From an uncultured cyanobacterium (GTDB lineage: Bacteria; Cyanobacteriota; Cyanobacteriia; PCC-6307; Cyanobiaceae): a stretch of DNA of 64,000 bases. The position numbers were made by a program, and so were the translations under genes. Location of the stretch: the NCBI GenBank assembly GCA_963765575.1, contig CAVXWZ010000011.1, forward strand, positions 704,001-768,000, read 5' to 3'. The notes beneath the pieces were generated by a model that did no database searches, was not told the origin of the DNA, and saw only the letters and a list, made by a program, of their open reading frames with translations. Shown piece by piece: positions 43,933 through 56,210 of the stretch. The number at the start of each line of letters is the position of its first letter. The first letter of the stretch is position 1.

Positions 43933-45036
43933 TCAGATGATGTCCATCACCTGATCCATGCGCTCCACCATGCAGGTGAGCAGGGCCATGCGGATGAACA
44001 CCGCGCCGCGGGCCTGGGAGAAATACCAGTTGTGGGCGGTCTCATCCAGGCAGGTGCCCAGTTCGGGGCCGCGGGCCAGGGGGTGCAGCACGATGGCGTC
44101 CTGCCGGTAGGGCAGGTCGGCCGTGAGCTGGAAGCTGCGGCCGTGCACTTCATAGCTGTCACCCACCCAGGCGATGGCATTGATGTAGATCACATCCAAG
44201 TCGGGCACGGCGCCGTGCAGGTCGTCGCTGGTGCTCACCTTCAGTCCGGCCGCCTGCAGTTCCTCCAGCTGGCCCGGATCGAAGTAGCCGTCGAGGGGGG
44301 CGCTGCCGGGATCGTGGAACAGCACCAGTTCCTCCACCATCGCCGGGAACTGGGCCAGGATGCGCAGCAGCGAGCGCACCGTGCGCATGCGGCTGGGGAT
44401 GCCCACCACGCCGATGCGGATGCGCTGGGCGGCGGGCAGCTCCCGCTCCACCAGCTGGGGCCGCCACTTGAAGATCGTGTAGAGATCCGCCATCGCCTGG
44501 GTGGGATGCTCATCGATGCCGTTGCCGGCATTGATGATCGGGATCCGCAGTGACTGGGTCATCTCGTAGATGGCCTCGGCGTGGGTGTCACGCAGCACCA
44601 CACAGTCGCCGTAGTTGTTGAACATCTCGGCCACGTCGCGCAGGGTCTCCCCCTTGGCGATGCCGGTGGTGCTGCGGTCGGTGATCGTGATCGTGTCACC
44701 CCCCAGTCGGTGCCAGGCGCTGTCGAACGAGAGGCGCGTGCGGGTGCTGGGCTCGTAGAAGGCGTTGATCAGGATCTTGCCCCGCAGGGGGCTGTTGTGG
44801 CGCATGTAGCGCTCCGGATTGCTCTCGAACTTCGCCGCCAGGCGAAACAGCTGCAGCAGCGTCACCGCGCTGTATTGGCTGGTGGAGAGCACGTGTTGCT
44901 CGGTGAGCTCACGCAGGGCGTCGCTGTCTTCCCGGATGGCGCGCAGCAGGGCTTGGGGGTGGGCATTGCCGTAGACATCCGGACCCAGGCGGGTGAAGCG
45001 GATGCGGGGCTGGGAGGGCTGCGGGCTGGATGGCAT
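43933..45036 (-). CDS. Aspartate carbamoyltransferase-like protein with divergent acceptor site
   Basis: FYEPSTRTRLSF, KGETL, INAGNG, HPTQAMADL, HPLAR; the usual TRxQxER segment is replaced by YINAIAW; start uncertain. Confidence 0.85.
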   Translation of the reverse strand: MPSSPQPSQPRIRFTRLGPDVYGNAHPQALLRAIREDSDALRELTEQHVLSTSQYSAVTLLQLFRLAAKFESNPERYMRHNSPLRGKILINAFYEPSTRTRLSFDSAWHRLGGDTITITDRSTTGIAKGETLRDVAEMFNNYGDCVVLRDTHAEAIYEMTQSLRIPIINAGNGIDEHPTQAMADLYTIFKWRPQLVERELPAAQRIRIGVVGIPSRMRTVRSLLRILAQFPAMVEELVLFHDPGSAPLDGYFDPGQLEELQAAGLKVSTSDDLHGAVPDLDVIYINAIAWVGDSYEVHGRSFQLTADLPYRQDAIVLHPLARGPELGTCLDETAHNWYFSQARGAVFIRMALLTCMVERMDQVMDII

Positions 45037-45203
45037 GGGCAGGCGGTGGCCTCGGGGGCTGCTCACGGCGTCAACGCCGACGCCACAACCATCTGTAGGT
45101 GGCAGCACCTCAGCTGCCGGCAAGAACTTGCTTTTGTTCACCTAGTGACCCCTTGACGTGGGGTCATTCGGTAGCCGATCACACTGATGCGCTGGCGTGG
45201 CCG

Positions 45204-45371
45204 TCACCACACCTGGCCTTCGCGCCACTCCTTCAGCCAGATCAGCACAATCACCAGGGTGGCCAGCGCCAGGCCGATGATGCTGCCCACCACCAGCAGC
45301 CGGAACAGGGAGGCGGGCAGCAGCCACTCGGTGGCGGCTGGCGTGGCGGACGCTGTGCTGAGCAGGGGCAT
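45204..45371 (-). CDS. Small membrane protein (55 aa; below track cutoff)
   Basis: Hand translation MPLLSTASATPAATEWLLPASLFRLLVVGSIIGLALATLVIVLIWLKEWREGQVW*; one TM helix, GC-rich third codon positions. Confidence 0.65.
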   Translation of the reverse strand: MPLLSTASATPAATEWLLPASLFRLLVVGSIIGLALATLVIVLIWLKEWREGQVW

Positions 45372-45432
45372 GGCGGGCTGGCGCAGGGGGCTGGGGGCAA
45401 AGAAGACGGGGGGAGTGGTTGGCGGCCGGGGG

Positions 45433-46854
45433 TCAGCGGCCTGCGAGCAGGCGCCACTCGAACCGTTCCGGGTTCCAGTGGCTGCCCAGTCCCATCACCG
45501 CCGCCGACACCGCCGCCGACACCAGGGCGGCGCAGTAGGGGGCCACCAGCACATAGGCGAGCAGACCGGTGGTCGAGCCCAGCACCATGGCGGCGGTGGC
45601 CGCCTGGCGGTTGGCCTGGGGCCAGTAGAGCCCCATGGCGATCGGCCAGATGGTGGAGGCCACCAGGGCGCCGGTGAACAGCAGCAGCTGGTACATCGAG
45701 GTGAGGTACTGCCAGGAGAGCACCATCGTCAGCAGCCCCAGGCCCACCACCACCAGCCGTGCCGCCTGGCGGATCTGCCGGTCACTGATGCCGGGCATCA
45801 GCCAGTGGGCCACCACGTCTTCGGCGATCAGATCGGCGCTGGCGGCCAGCAGGGAATCGAGGGTGGAGGTGAGCGAGGCGAAGATGATGATGAACACCAC
45901 GATCGCGCCGCCACTGCCCAGCAGCTGGGCGGTGATCAGCGGAAAGACCATGTTCACCTGGGGCACCTCCAGGTTCTGGGCCAGGGCCATCAGGGCGATG
46001 GCGCCGGTGACGACCGGCACGGCCGTCCAGGCCAGGCCGCCGAGCACGAAGGAGCGGAACACCACCGTGGGCCGGCTGGCGAACACCCGACTCCACCAGA
46101 TGTTGTTGTGGAACACCTCACCCATGCTGAACAGGCCGGTGTTCCAGGCGAACAGCAGGCCGGTCGGAAGCAGCATGTTCAGCCGTGACGGGTGCTCGGC
46201 CGCCAGGGCGTCGTACACCTGATCCACGCTCATCTGGCTGTAGCCCAGCACCGCCACCAGCACCAGCAAGGCCATGATCAGCAACGACTGAATGAAGTCG
46301 GTGCCCACCACCCCGCGCATGCCGCCGAAGAGGGTGTAGATGGTCGACACCCCGATCACGCAGACCATGCCGAGGCGGTAGTCGAAACCGGAGAGGGCCT
46401 GCAGCAGCAGGCCGGCCCCCATCCCCTGGGTGATCAGGAAGCCGAGGGTGTAGGCCATGGTGATCAGCAGGAACACCGCCCAGCACAGCCGGCCGTAGCG
46501 CAGGCGCACGAAGTCGCCGCTGGTGCGGGCCGTGGGCATCAGCCGCTTGATGCGGACCGCCAGCGGGGCGAACAGGAACAGCCCCAGCCCCGCCAGGGCG
46601 TAGCCGAGCATGCCCCACAGGCCCAGGGTGTAGCCCACCTCCGGAGCGGCGAGGGTGGTGTTGCCGGTGACCCAGCTGGCCATCAAGGTGGCCGTGCTCA
46701 GGGCCAGGCCGATGTTGCGGCCGGCGAGCAGGTAGTCGTCGGCATCGCCCTTGCCGCGCCTGCCCCACCACACCCCCAGGGCGATCCAGAGCACTGAAAA
46801 GGCCACCAGCAGAAACCAGGCGATGCCGGCGTCGAGCAGCGGGGCGTCAGTCAT
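45433..46854 (-). CDS. Sodium:solute symporter family transporter (DUR3/PutP-like)
   Basis: DYLLAGRNIG, TLFGGMRGVVGTDFIQ, ASLTSTLDSLLAA; many TM helices. Confidence 0.92.
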   Translation of the reverse strand: MTDAPLLDAGIAWFLLVAFSVLWIALGVWWGRRGKGDADDYLLAGRNIGLALSTATLMASWVTGNTTLAAPEVGYTLGLWGMLGYALAGLGLFLFAPLAVRIKRLMPTARTSGDFVRLRYGRLCWAVFLLITMAYTLGFLITQGMGAGLLLQALSGFDYRLGMVCVIGVSTIYTLFGGMRGVVGTDFIQSLLIMALLVLVAVLGYSQMSVDQVYDALAAEHPSRLNMLLPTGLLFAWNTGLFSMGEVFHNNIWWSRVFASRPTVVFRSFVLGGLAWTAVPVVTGAIALMALAQNLEVPQVNMVFPLITAQLLGSGGAIVVFIIIFASLTSTLDSLLAASADLIAEDVVAHWLMPGISDRQIRQAARLVVVGLGLLTMVLSWQYLTSMYQLLLFTGALVASTIWPIAMGLYWPQANRQAATAAMVLGSTTGLLAYVLVAPYCAALVSAAVSAAVMGLGSHWNPERFEWRLLAGR

Positions 46855-46993
46855 GGCGGGGCGTGCCGATGGGGTCGTCGTAGGGATCGCGGCCGTGCCA
46901 GCGGGCATGGCCGCGGGCGATCATGATCACGGTGGCCAGGGTGACCACGGCGCCGATCGCGAAGATCAGCAGGGCCCGTTGCAGCTCGCTCAT
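46847..46993 (-). CDS. Small membrane protein overlapping the symporter start (48 aa; below track cutoff)
   Basis: Hand translation MSELQRALLIFAIGAVVTLATVIMIARGHARWHGRDPYDDPIGTPRHD*; 8-nt overlap (ATGACTGA) with the symporter. Confidence 0.68.
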   Translation of the reverse strand: MSELQRALLIFAIGAVVTLATVIMIARGHARWHGRDPYDDPIGTPRHD

Positions 46994-47120
46994 GCACGAC
47001 CACTAGCAGGGGGAGGGCGCCTGGGAGCCGTTCTGAAGCGGCCCGCAAGAAACCGGCGCCAATGGCAACCTCAATTCAGGCGGTCGCAAGCCGCCATGAA
47101 TGCGTCATGAACAGGAGCAC

Positions 47121-47157
47121 AAAAAAACCCCGGCAGCAGCGCTGTCGGGGTTTTTTT
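47121..47157. terminator. Bidirectional intrinsic terminator after tRNA-fMet
   Basis: A7-CCCCGGCAGC-loop-GCTGTCGGGG-T7. Confidence 0.88.
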
Positions 47158-47160
47158 CAT

Positions 47161-47237
<77 letters not shown>

Positions 47238-47295
47238 CTGGTGAATGGATCATACCAGCGCGGTGTCCCCCGCTACCGATCGTCCCCGGCCGGCC

Positions 47296-48267
47296 TCAGT
47301 CGAAGCGCAGCTCCCCGAGCACCTCCAGCTTCAGGTGGGGGGCCGGGCTCAGGAAGCGCTGGCGCAGCTCCTCGATGGTCATGGGGGTGAGCCAGTCGAG
47401 CTGCTCCAGCAGGTGCAGAGCCACCGCGTGCTTGGCCCGGGCGGAGCCGTCCTCCACCTTGATCGCCACCCCCATCCCCTCACCCACACGGCTGAGGCAC
47501 TGGATGCCCTCGGCGCCCCCCTTGCTGAGCACCTGGCCGTGGCCCCGGCGCATCAGCTCGGTGTCGAAGTGACCCTCGCCGGCCACCAGGTGGGGGTGGG
47601 CCAGCATTGCCCGGCTGAGGCGCTCCAGGTCGGGCTGCTCGCCGGCACCCAGGTGGGCGAACAGCAGGGCCATCTGGGCCAGGCGCAGGCGCAGGGTGGG
47701 CACGCCGCAGTCATCGCGGGCGGTGACCAGCTCGGCCGCCGGCAGGGCCAGGTATTCGCCCACCCGCTTCAGCAACTCCTGCTGCAGGGGGTGATCCCCC
47801 TGCATGTAGCTCTCGGTGCTCCAGCCCAGGCGGCGGCAGGTGGCCAGGAAGGCCGCGTGTTTGCCGGAGCAGTTGTGCTCCAGGGGGCTGGTCCGCCCCG
47901 CCGGCACCGGACATTGCAGCTGGTCAGCCTCGAGTTCGGCGCTCCAGAGCAGCTTGAAGGCCTCACGGGCGTGCTCCGGCGTGCCGGCATGGGAGGCACA
48001 GGCGATGGCCAGGCCGCGGTCGCCCACCTTGCCCTGGTCGGCGCTGCCACTGGCCACGAACACGGCCGCCTGGAACGGCTTCAGGGCCGAGCGCATGAAG
48101 CTCAGCTGCTGGGGGTCGCCGGCCCGCATCAGCACCCGGCCACGGGCGTCACTGACGGCCGCGTGCACCCGGTGGCGCGACTCGGTGATGCCCTCGCGCA
48201 GCAGGCGCACCTCCAGGGGCGGAATGTCGGTGCGGGTGGCGGCACCGAAGCTGGAGGAGAGGCTCAT
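47296..48267 (-). CDS. L-asparaginase II (Rhizobium-type) family protein
   Basis: RSALKPFQ, ACASHAG, HNCSGKH, DDCG, SKGGAEG, KVEDG. Confidence 0.88.
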   Translation of the reverse strand: MSLSSSFGAATRTDIPPLEVRLLREGITESRHRVHAAVSDARGRVLMRAGDPQQLSFMRSALKPFQAAVFVASGSADQGKVGDRGLAIACASHAGTPEHAREAFKLLWSAELEADQLQCPVPAGRTSPLEHNCSGKHAAFLATCRRLGWSTESYMQGDHPLQQELLKRVGEYLALPAAELVTARDDCGVPTLRLRLAQMALLFAHLGAGEQPDLERLSRAMLAHPHLVAGEGHFDTELMRRGHGQVLSKGGAEGIQCLSRVGEGMGVAIKVEDGSARAKHAVALHLLEQLDWLTPMTIEELRQRFLSPAPHLKLEVLGELRFD

Positions 48268-48289
48268 GGGCAAGGGCTGGGGCTGACGT

Positions 48290-48838
48290 TCACTGAGCCT
48301 GCCAGAGCCTGGCTGTGAGCAGTCCGCAGCTGCCCAGCAGCATCAGCAGGGTGGCGACCGTGATCGCCTGCCGCAGCCGCTTGAGCACCGGTCGCACCTG
48401 ATGGCGGGCCACCAGCAGATCCTGCTGGCGCCAGCTCAGGGGCTTTTCCCACACCTGGCCGTCGTACCACCCGGATTCCTCGTATTCCACCCGCTCGCTC
48501 ACCAGCCGCTGGTGGATGCTGCGCCAGCCCAGCCACTGGCGCAGCAGCATCAGGGTGGGCAGGAGGATGGCGGTAACCGCACCAGCCAGCAGCCACTGCA
48601 GGGGGTGGTGGCGCAGTGCCCAGCTGCCACTGCTCACCAGCACAGTGAGGGGCAGGATCAGCAGCCAGCTCAAGGCCAGGGGCCGCAGCAGGTCGTTGAG
48701 GCTGTGGCGGGGCCAGGCGAAAAACCACGAGTCGCGCAGCTCCTGGTATTGCTGCAGGGGGCGCTGGGGGGGCGGAACGGGGCAGGGCCCGGCCGGGGCG
48801 CCGGGGAAATCGCCGGTGGCGCCGAGGGCGTCGCCCAT
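48290..48838 (-). CDS. CGLD27 / Ycf36 family protein
   Basis: CPVP..QRP, SWFFAWP, VEYEESGWYDGQVWEKP. Confidence 0.9.
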   Translation of the reverse strand: MGDALGATGDFPGAPAGPCPVPPPQRPLQQYQELRDSWFFAWPRHSLNDLLRPLALSWLLILPLTVLVSSGSWALRHHPLQWLLAGAVTAILLPTLMLLRQWLGWRSIHQRLVSERVEYEESGWYDGQVWEKPLSWRQQDLLVARHQVRPVLKRLRQAITVATLLMLLGSCGLLTARLWQAQ

Positions 48839-48841
48839 GGC

Positions 48842-49243
48842 TCAGCTGCTGGTGGCCTGGGCGGAGCCTAGGTAGCGCACCTGCTGGCCGTGGCCCCAGA
48901 ACGCCTCCAGGTCGTAGTACTGGCGCTCCTTGGGCTGGAGCACGTGCACGATCAGCTCGCCGTAGTCGAGCAGCAGCCAGCGCCCTTCCGCCTGGCCCTC
49001 GCGGCGCAGGGGCAGGCGGCCCTCGGCCTCCTCCAGACGGTCCTCCACCGAGCGGGCGATGGCGCGAACCTGGACGTCGGAGAGGCCGCTGCAGATCACG
49101 AACCAGTCGGCCAGGGTGGTCACCTCGTCCACCCGGATCAGGCGGATGTCCACGGCCTTGCGGTCATCGCAGGCCTCGGCCGCCAGGTGGGCCAGGGCTT
49201 CGCTGGCGGGATCGGGGGGGCCGGCGGCAAGAGCATCAGCCAT
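48842..49243 (-). CDS. rsfS: Ribosome silencing factor RsfS (Iojap)
   Basis: DDRKAVDI, ADWFVICSG, WLLLDYG, YYDLEAFW. Confidence 0.92.
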   Translation of the reverse strand: MADALAAGPPDPASEALAHLAAEACDDRKAVDIRLIRVDEVTTLADWFVICSGLSDVQVRAIARSVEDRLEEAEGRLPLRREGQAEGRWLLLDYGELIVHVLQPKERQYYDLEAFWGHGQQVRYLGSAQATSS

Positions 49244-49871
49244 AGACGTTCTCACTGGTGACGGATTCCCGCGATCCCTGCTGTTGGGCCATTTCGGCCC
49301 GGGCCCGGCTGGCGCTCTTGCGCAGTGACTCGAGGCGGTCGTCGTAGTAGGTGCGTTTCTTTTTCTTGCGGGTCTGCTCGGCCAGTTCCTTGAGGGCGCC
49401 GCCGAGGCTCTTGTAGGCGTTGGGCAGGGTGTAACCGAAACGGCAGGCCAGATCGATCGCTCGCTCGTCGGCGGCGATGGCCTCGGCCAGCCGCTTCTCG
49501 GAATTGTTCTTGAGGTAGAGGCGGTAGCCGGCGAAGCCCGACAGCCCCAGGGCCATCAGCAGCAACAGACCGTCCTGCACCCAGAGCTCGCCGATGGCGC
49601 CACCGAGGCCGATGGCCAGGGCCGCCATCTCCCAGCCGTCGCGGGGGACGGCGTCGTTCTGGATGCGGCCCACCTCATGCCAGAAGAGCAGGTTGCGGTG
49701 GTCCAGCGCCAGGGCATCCCATGTCTCGAGATCGACCTGGATCTCAATCTCGTCTCGCCCGATCTCCTCGATCGTCACCAGTGGTGGATCGATTGAGGCC
49801 GCGGCTTCCACGAACACCCAGCTCTGCATTTCCGGCGGCAGCAGCCCCTTGAGGCGCTGGAGTTCGCTCAT
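49236..49871 (-). CDS. DUF3318 protein
   Basis: MSELQRLKGLLPP, LLFWHEVGRIQ, GWEMAALAIGLGG. Confidence 0.85.
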   Translation of the reverse strand: MSELQRLKGLLPPEMQSWVFVEAAASIDPPLVTIEEIGRDEIEIQVDLETWDALALDHRNLLFWHEVGRIQNDAVPRDGWEMAALAIGLGGAIGELWVQDGLLLLMALGLSGFAGYRLYLKNNSEKRLAEAIAADERAIDLACRFGYTLPNAYKSLGGALKELAEQTRKKKKRTYYDDRLESLRKSASRARAEMAQQQGSRESVTSENVYG

Positions 49872-49990
49872 GGATGCGTGGGATACAAGCCAACCCAGGT
49901 TAGCGACACGGATCGGTTCTCCTGAGTCGTCCGCCACCGACCATCGGGGGGGATCGTGTCAGGCTGCCTCGGTTTGGCCCGTTTGAGCCC

Positions 49991-53314
<3,324 letters not shown>

Positions 53315-53340
53315 GGTTTGGTCCCCGCGTCCGTCCTGCC

Positions 53341-54111
53341 TTGACCGCCAGCACTCCCACTGCCGTCACCTCCACAGCTGCCACTCCCGCGGCCATCACG
53401 CCAACCGCCACTGGAGCCGCCGCCCCGGCCAGCCAGGCGGCCCCGACGCCTGGTGGCAGCGACTGCCGGCAGTCCTTCCGCGCCGCCTACGAGAACCGCT
53501 ACACCTGGGATCCCGGCTTCGCTGGCTACCGCGGCCGCTGCCAGTGGGAGCAGCCCGAAGGCCCCGGCCAGCCCGCCCGTCAGCTGGAGGGTCGTTTCCA
53601 GGTGGGGGCCGACCTCAAGGCCCAGGTGGAGGGGATCGAGGATGGCGAGGTGCACAAGGCCGTGGCCTCCCAGCTCTGGGAGGTGGCCATCCACCGGGTG
53701 CGGCGCAGCTTTGAGCAGACCCATGGTGACAACACCTTCACCGCTGGTGACAGCGATGAGGTGGGGATGGAGGTGATCGTGGGTGGCAAGAACGACGGCG
53801 ATCGCTATCGCATCAAGGACGACGTGGTGACGATGGTGTATCGCCATATCCACGGCACCCTGGTGACGATCTTCACCGAGAGCGTCATCCACACTGGCGC
53901 CGGTTACCTCAGCCATTGCTACACCAGCCGCTACACCGATCCGGCCAGCGGCGCCCCCCGTGGCGGGCTGAGCCGCTTCACCGACACCTTTGAGCCCTTG
54001 CTGGAGGGTGGCCCCTGGGTGCTGACGGAGCGCCTGGTGGACACCGAAGCCTGCGGCGACACCCCCGCCGGCCGCCAGGTGTTCAGATTTCTGGATCTTC
54101 AGGCGGGCTGA
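53341..54111 (+). CDS. DUF3386 family protein
   Basis: FRAAYENRYTWDPGFAGY, EVAIHRVRRSFEQTHG; start uncertain. Confidence 0.82.
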   Translation: MTASTPTAVTSTAATPAAITPTATGAAAPASQAAPTPGGSDCRQSFRAAYENRYTWDPGFAGYRGRCQWEQPEGPGQPARQLEGRFQVGADLKAQVEGIEDGEVHKAVASQLWEVAIHRVRRSFEQTHGDNTFTAGDSDEVGMEVIVGGKNDGDRYRIKDDVVTMVYRHIHGTLVTIFTESVIHTGAGYLSHCYTSRYTDPASGAPRGGLSRFTDTFEPLLEGGPWVLTERLVDTEACGDTPAGRQVFRFLDLQAG

Positions 54112-54163
54112 TCACTGCGGCGTTGCCCGGGGGCTTCGCCTGTGACACCATCCACGCACCGCC

Positions 54164-55567
54164 GTGCGTGCAGCCTTGCGTATTCCCTCAGCCCCTGTTG
54201 GCGCCTCCCTGCCACTGGGGCAGTTTTCCACCGGCCTGGAAGACACGATCAAGGCCATCAACGCCCCGATCAACAGTTTCGCCTGGGGCTGGCCCACGGT
54301 GACCCTGATTGCCCTCACCGGCATCGTGATGATGGTGGGATTGGGGTTCATGCCGCTGCGGCGGCTCCCCTATGGGGTGCGCATGATGCTCGGCCATGGC
54401 GGCTCCGTCAAGGACGGTGAGATCTCTCCCTTCCAGGCCCTGATGACATCCCTTTCGGCCACGATCGGCACCGGCAACATCGCCGGTGTCGCCGGTGCCA
54501 TCGCCGTGGGGGGGCCCGGGGCCGTGTTCTGGATGTGGCTGATTGCCATCTTCGGCATCGCCACCAAATACGCCGAGGCGGTGCTGGCGGTGCACTTCCG
54601 TGAGCTCGATCCCCTCGGGAACCATGTGGGCGGCCCGATGTATTACATCCGCAACGGGCTTGGCCCAGGCTGGGCCTGGCTGGGTGGCCTGTTTGCCCTG
54701 TTCGGCATGCTCGCCGGCTTCGGGATCGGCAACGGCGTGCAGTGCTTTGAGGTCTCGAGTGCCCTGGAGACGGTTGGCATCCCACGACTGGCGACCGGAG
54801 TGGTGCTGGGTGTGCTGGTTTTTGGAGTGATCATCGGCGGCATCAGCAGGATTGCCCGGGCCGCATCCGCCATTGTTCCGGCGATGTCCATCCTCTATGT
54901 CTTGGCCTGCCTGCTGATCATCCTCGGCAATTTTGCCGAGATCCCCGGCGCCTTCGCCACGATTTTCGGCAACGCCTTCACCGGCAAGGCTGCGGCAAGC
55001 GGCACCCTGGCCCAGGTGATCCTGATGGGCTTCAAGCGGGGCATCTTTTCCAATGAGGCTGGGCTCGGTAGCGCTCCCATCGCCCACGCCGCTGCCAGTA
55101 CCCGCGATCCGGTGCGTCAGGGCACGGTGGCCATGCTCGGCACCTTCATTGACACGATCATCATCTGCAGCATGACGGCGCTCGTGATCATCATCACCGG
55201 TGCCTATGAAACTGGTGAATCCGGCTCCAATCTCTCGATCACGGCCTTCAACATGGGCATGCCCGGCAGCGGCTGGATGGTCACGCTGGGCCTTGTGGTG
55301 TTCGCCTTCACCACGGTGCTGGGTTGGAGTTTCTACGGCGAACGATGCACCGAGTACCTCTTCGGTGTGAAGGCGATCCTGCCCTTTCGGCTGGTGTGGG
55401 TGGCGGTGGTGGTGATCGGCTCGGTGGCTGGCGATCGGGGGGTTGTCTGGGCCGTTGCCGACACCCTCAACGGCCTGATGGCGATCCCCAACCTGATTGG
55501 CCTGCTGCTGCTCTCAGGAACGGTGTTCCGCCTCACCCGCGCCTATCGCTTCAAGGCATCGGACTGA
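54164..55567 (+). CDS. Alanine/glycine:cation symporter (AGCS family)
   Basis: IGTGNIAGVA, GGPGAVFWMW, GGPMYYI, RGIFSNEAGLGS; start uncertain. Confidence 0.92.
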   Translation: MRAALRIPSAPVGASLPLGQFSTGLEDTIKAINAPINSFAWGWPTVTLIALTGIVMMVGLGFMPLRRLPYGVRMMLGHGGSVKDGEISPFQALMTSLSATIGTGNIAGVAGAIAVGGPGAVFWMWLIAIFGIATKYAEAVLAVHFRELDPLGNHVGGPMYYIRNGLGPGWAWLGGLFALFGMLAGFGIGNGVQCFEVSSALETVGIPRLATGVVLGVLVFGVIIGGISRIARAASAIVPAMSILYVLACLLIILGNFAEIPGAFATIFGNAFTGKAAASGTLAQVILMGFKRGIFSNEAGLGSAPIAHAAASTRDPVRQGTVAMLGTFIDTIIICSMTALVIIITGAYETGESGSNLSITAFNMGMPGSGWMVTLGLVVFAFTTVLGWSFYGERCTEYLFGVKAILPFRLVWVAVVVIGSVAGDRGVVWAVADTLNGLMAIPNLIGLLLLSGTVFRLTRAYRFKASD

Positions 55568-55594
55568 GGCCGGTCGCCGAACCGGGGCTGGCGC

Positions 55595-55861
55595 TCAGGG
55601 CAGGGGAGCGATCTGCTTGAGCATCTCGTTGAGCTGCATGGCCAGCGACTGCCGGCCCACCGCCAGCACCTTGAGGGTGTCCTCATGCATGCGCAGCTGG
55701 GCATCGGCCACCTGCATGCCGCGCACCAGCTCCTTGGCCTCGTCGGGCAGGGAGTTGAGGTCGAAGCGCTTGCCCTCGAAGGTGAGCACGGGCGGCTGCT
55801 GGGAGTTGGCGTCCAAGAGGGGATTCGACAGGGCCCGCTCAGGATACGGAGCCCTGTTCAC
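55595..55861 (-). CDS. Small conserved-type protein (DUF6447-like)
   Basis: PVLTFEGKRFDLNSLPDEAKELV... Confidence 0.75.
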   Translation of the reverse strand: MNRAPYPERALSNPLLDANSQQPPVLTFEGKRFDLNSLPDEAKELVRGMQVADAQLRMHEDTLKVLAVGRQSLAMQLNEMLKQIAPLP

Positions 55862-56186
55862 GCTCCCCCTCCGGCGCCGGGCCGGGCGGCAGCTGGGGCA
55901 GGTCGAGGGCGGGCCGCTTGAACACGAACATCAGCAACCTGCCCACCTGGGGGGCCTCCACCAGCTCCCAGTTCTCCCGCCCGAGGGCGTTGAGAAAGAA
56001 CTGCAGCTGCTCGGCCGGGTGCCGCGGCCGGGCGTCGGCGCCGCGGTATTGCTGGGGAAATTCCCGCTCCAGGAACTCCGCACTGAGGGCTCCGCCCAAA
56101 CGCCGACTGTCGGCCTGGGGCGAGGGCGGCTCCGGTGGCGAGCTGTTGCTGACATCGATGTGGATCACCCGGTAGTCCCAGGCCAT
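55839..56186 (-). CDS. Hypothetical protein (DUF4177-like)
   Basis: MAWDYRVIH...LNALGRENWELV...FVFKRP. Confidence 0.72.
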   Translation of the reverse strand: MAWDYRVIHIDVSNSSPPEPPSPQADSRRLGGALSAEFLEREFPQQYRGADARPRHPAEQLQFFLNALGRENWELVEAPQVGRLLMFVFKRPALDLPQLPPGPAPEGEREQGSVS

Positions 56187-56210
56187 GGCTGTGGTGCACC
56201 CCTAGCGGGA

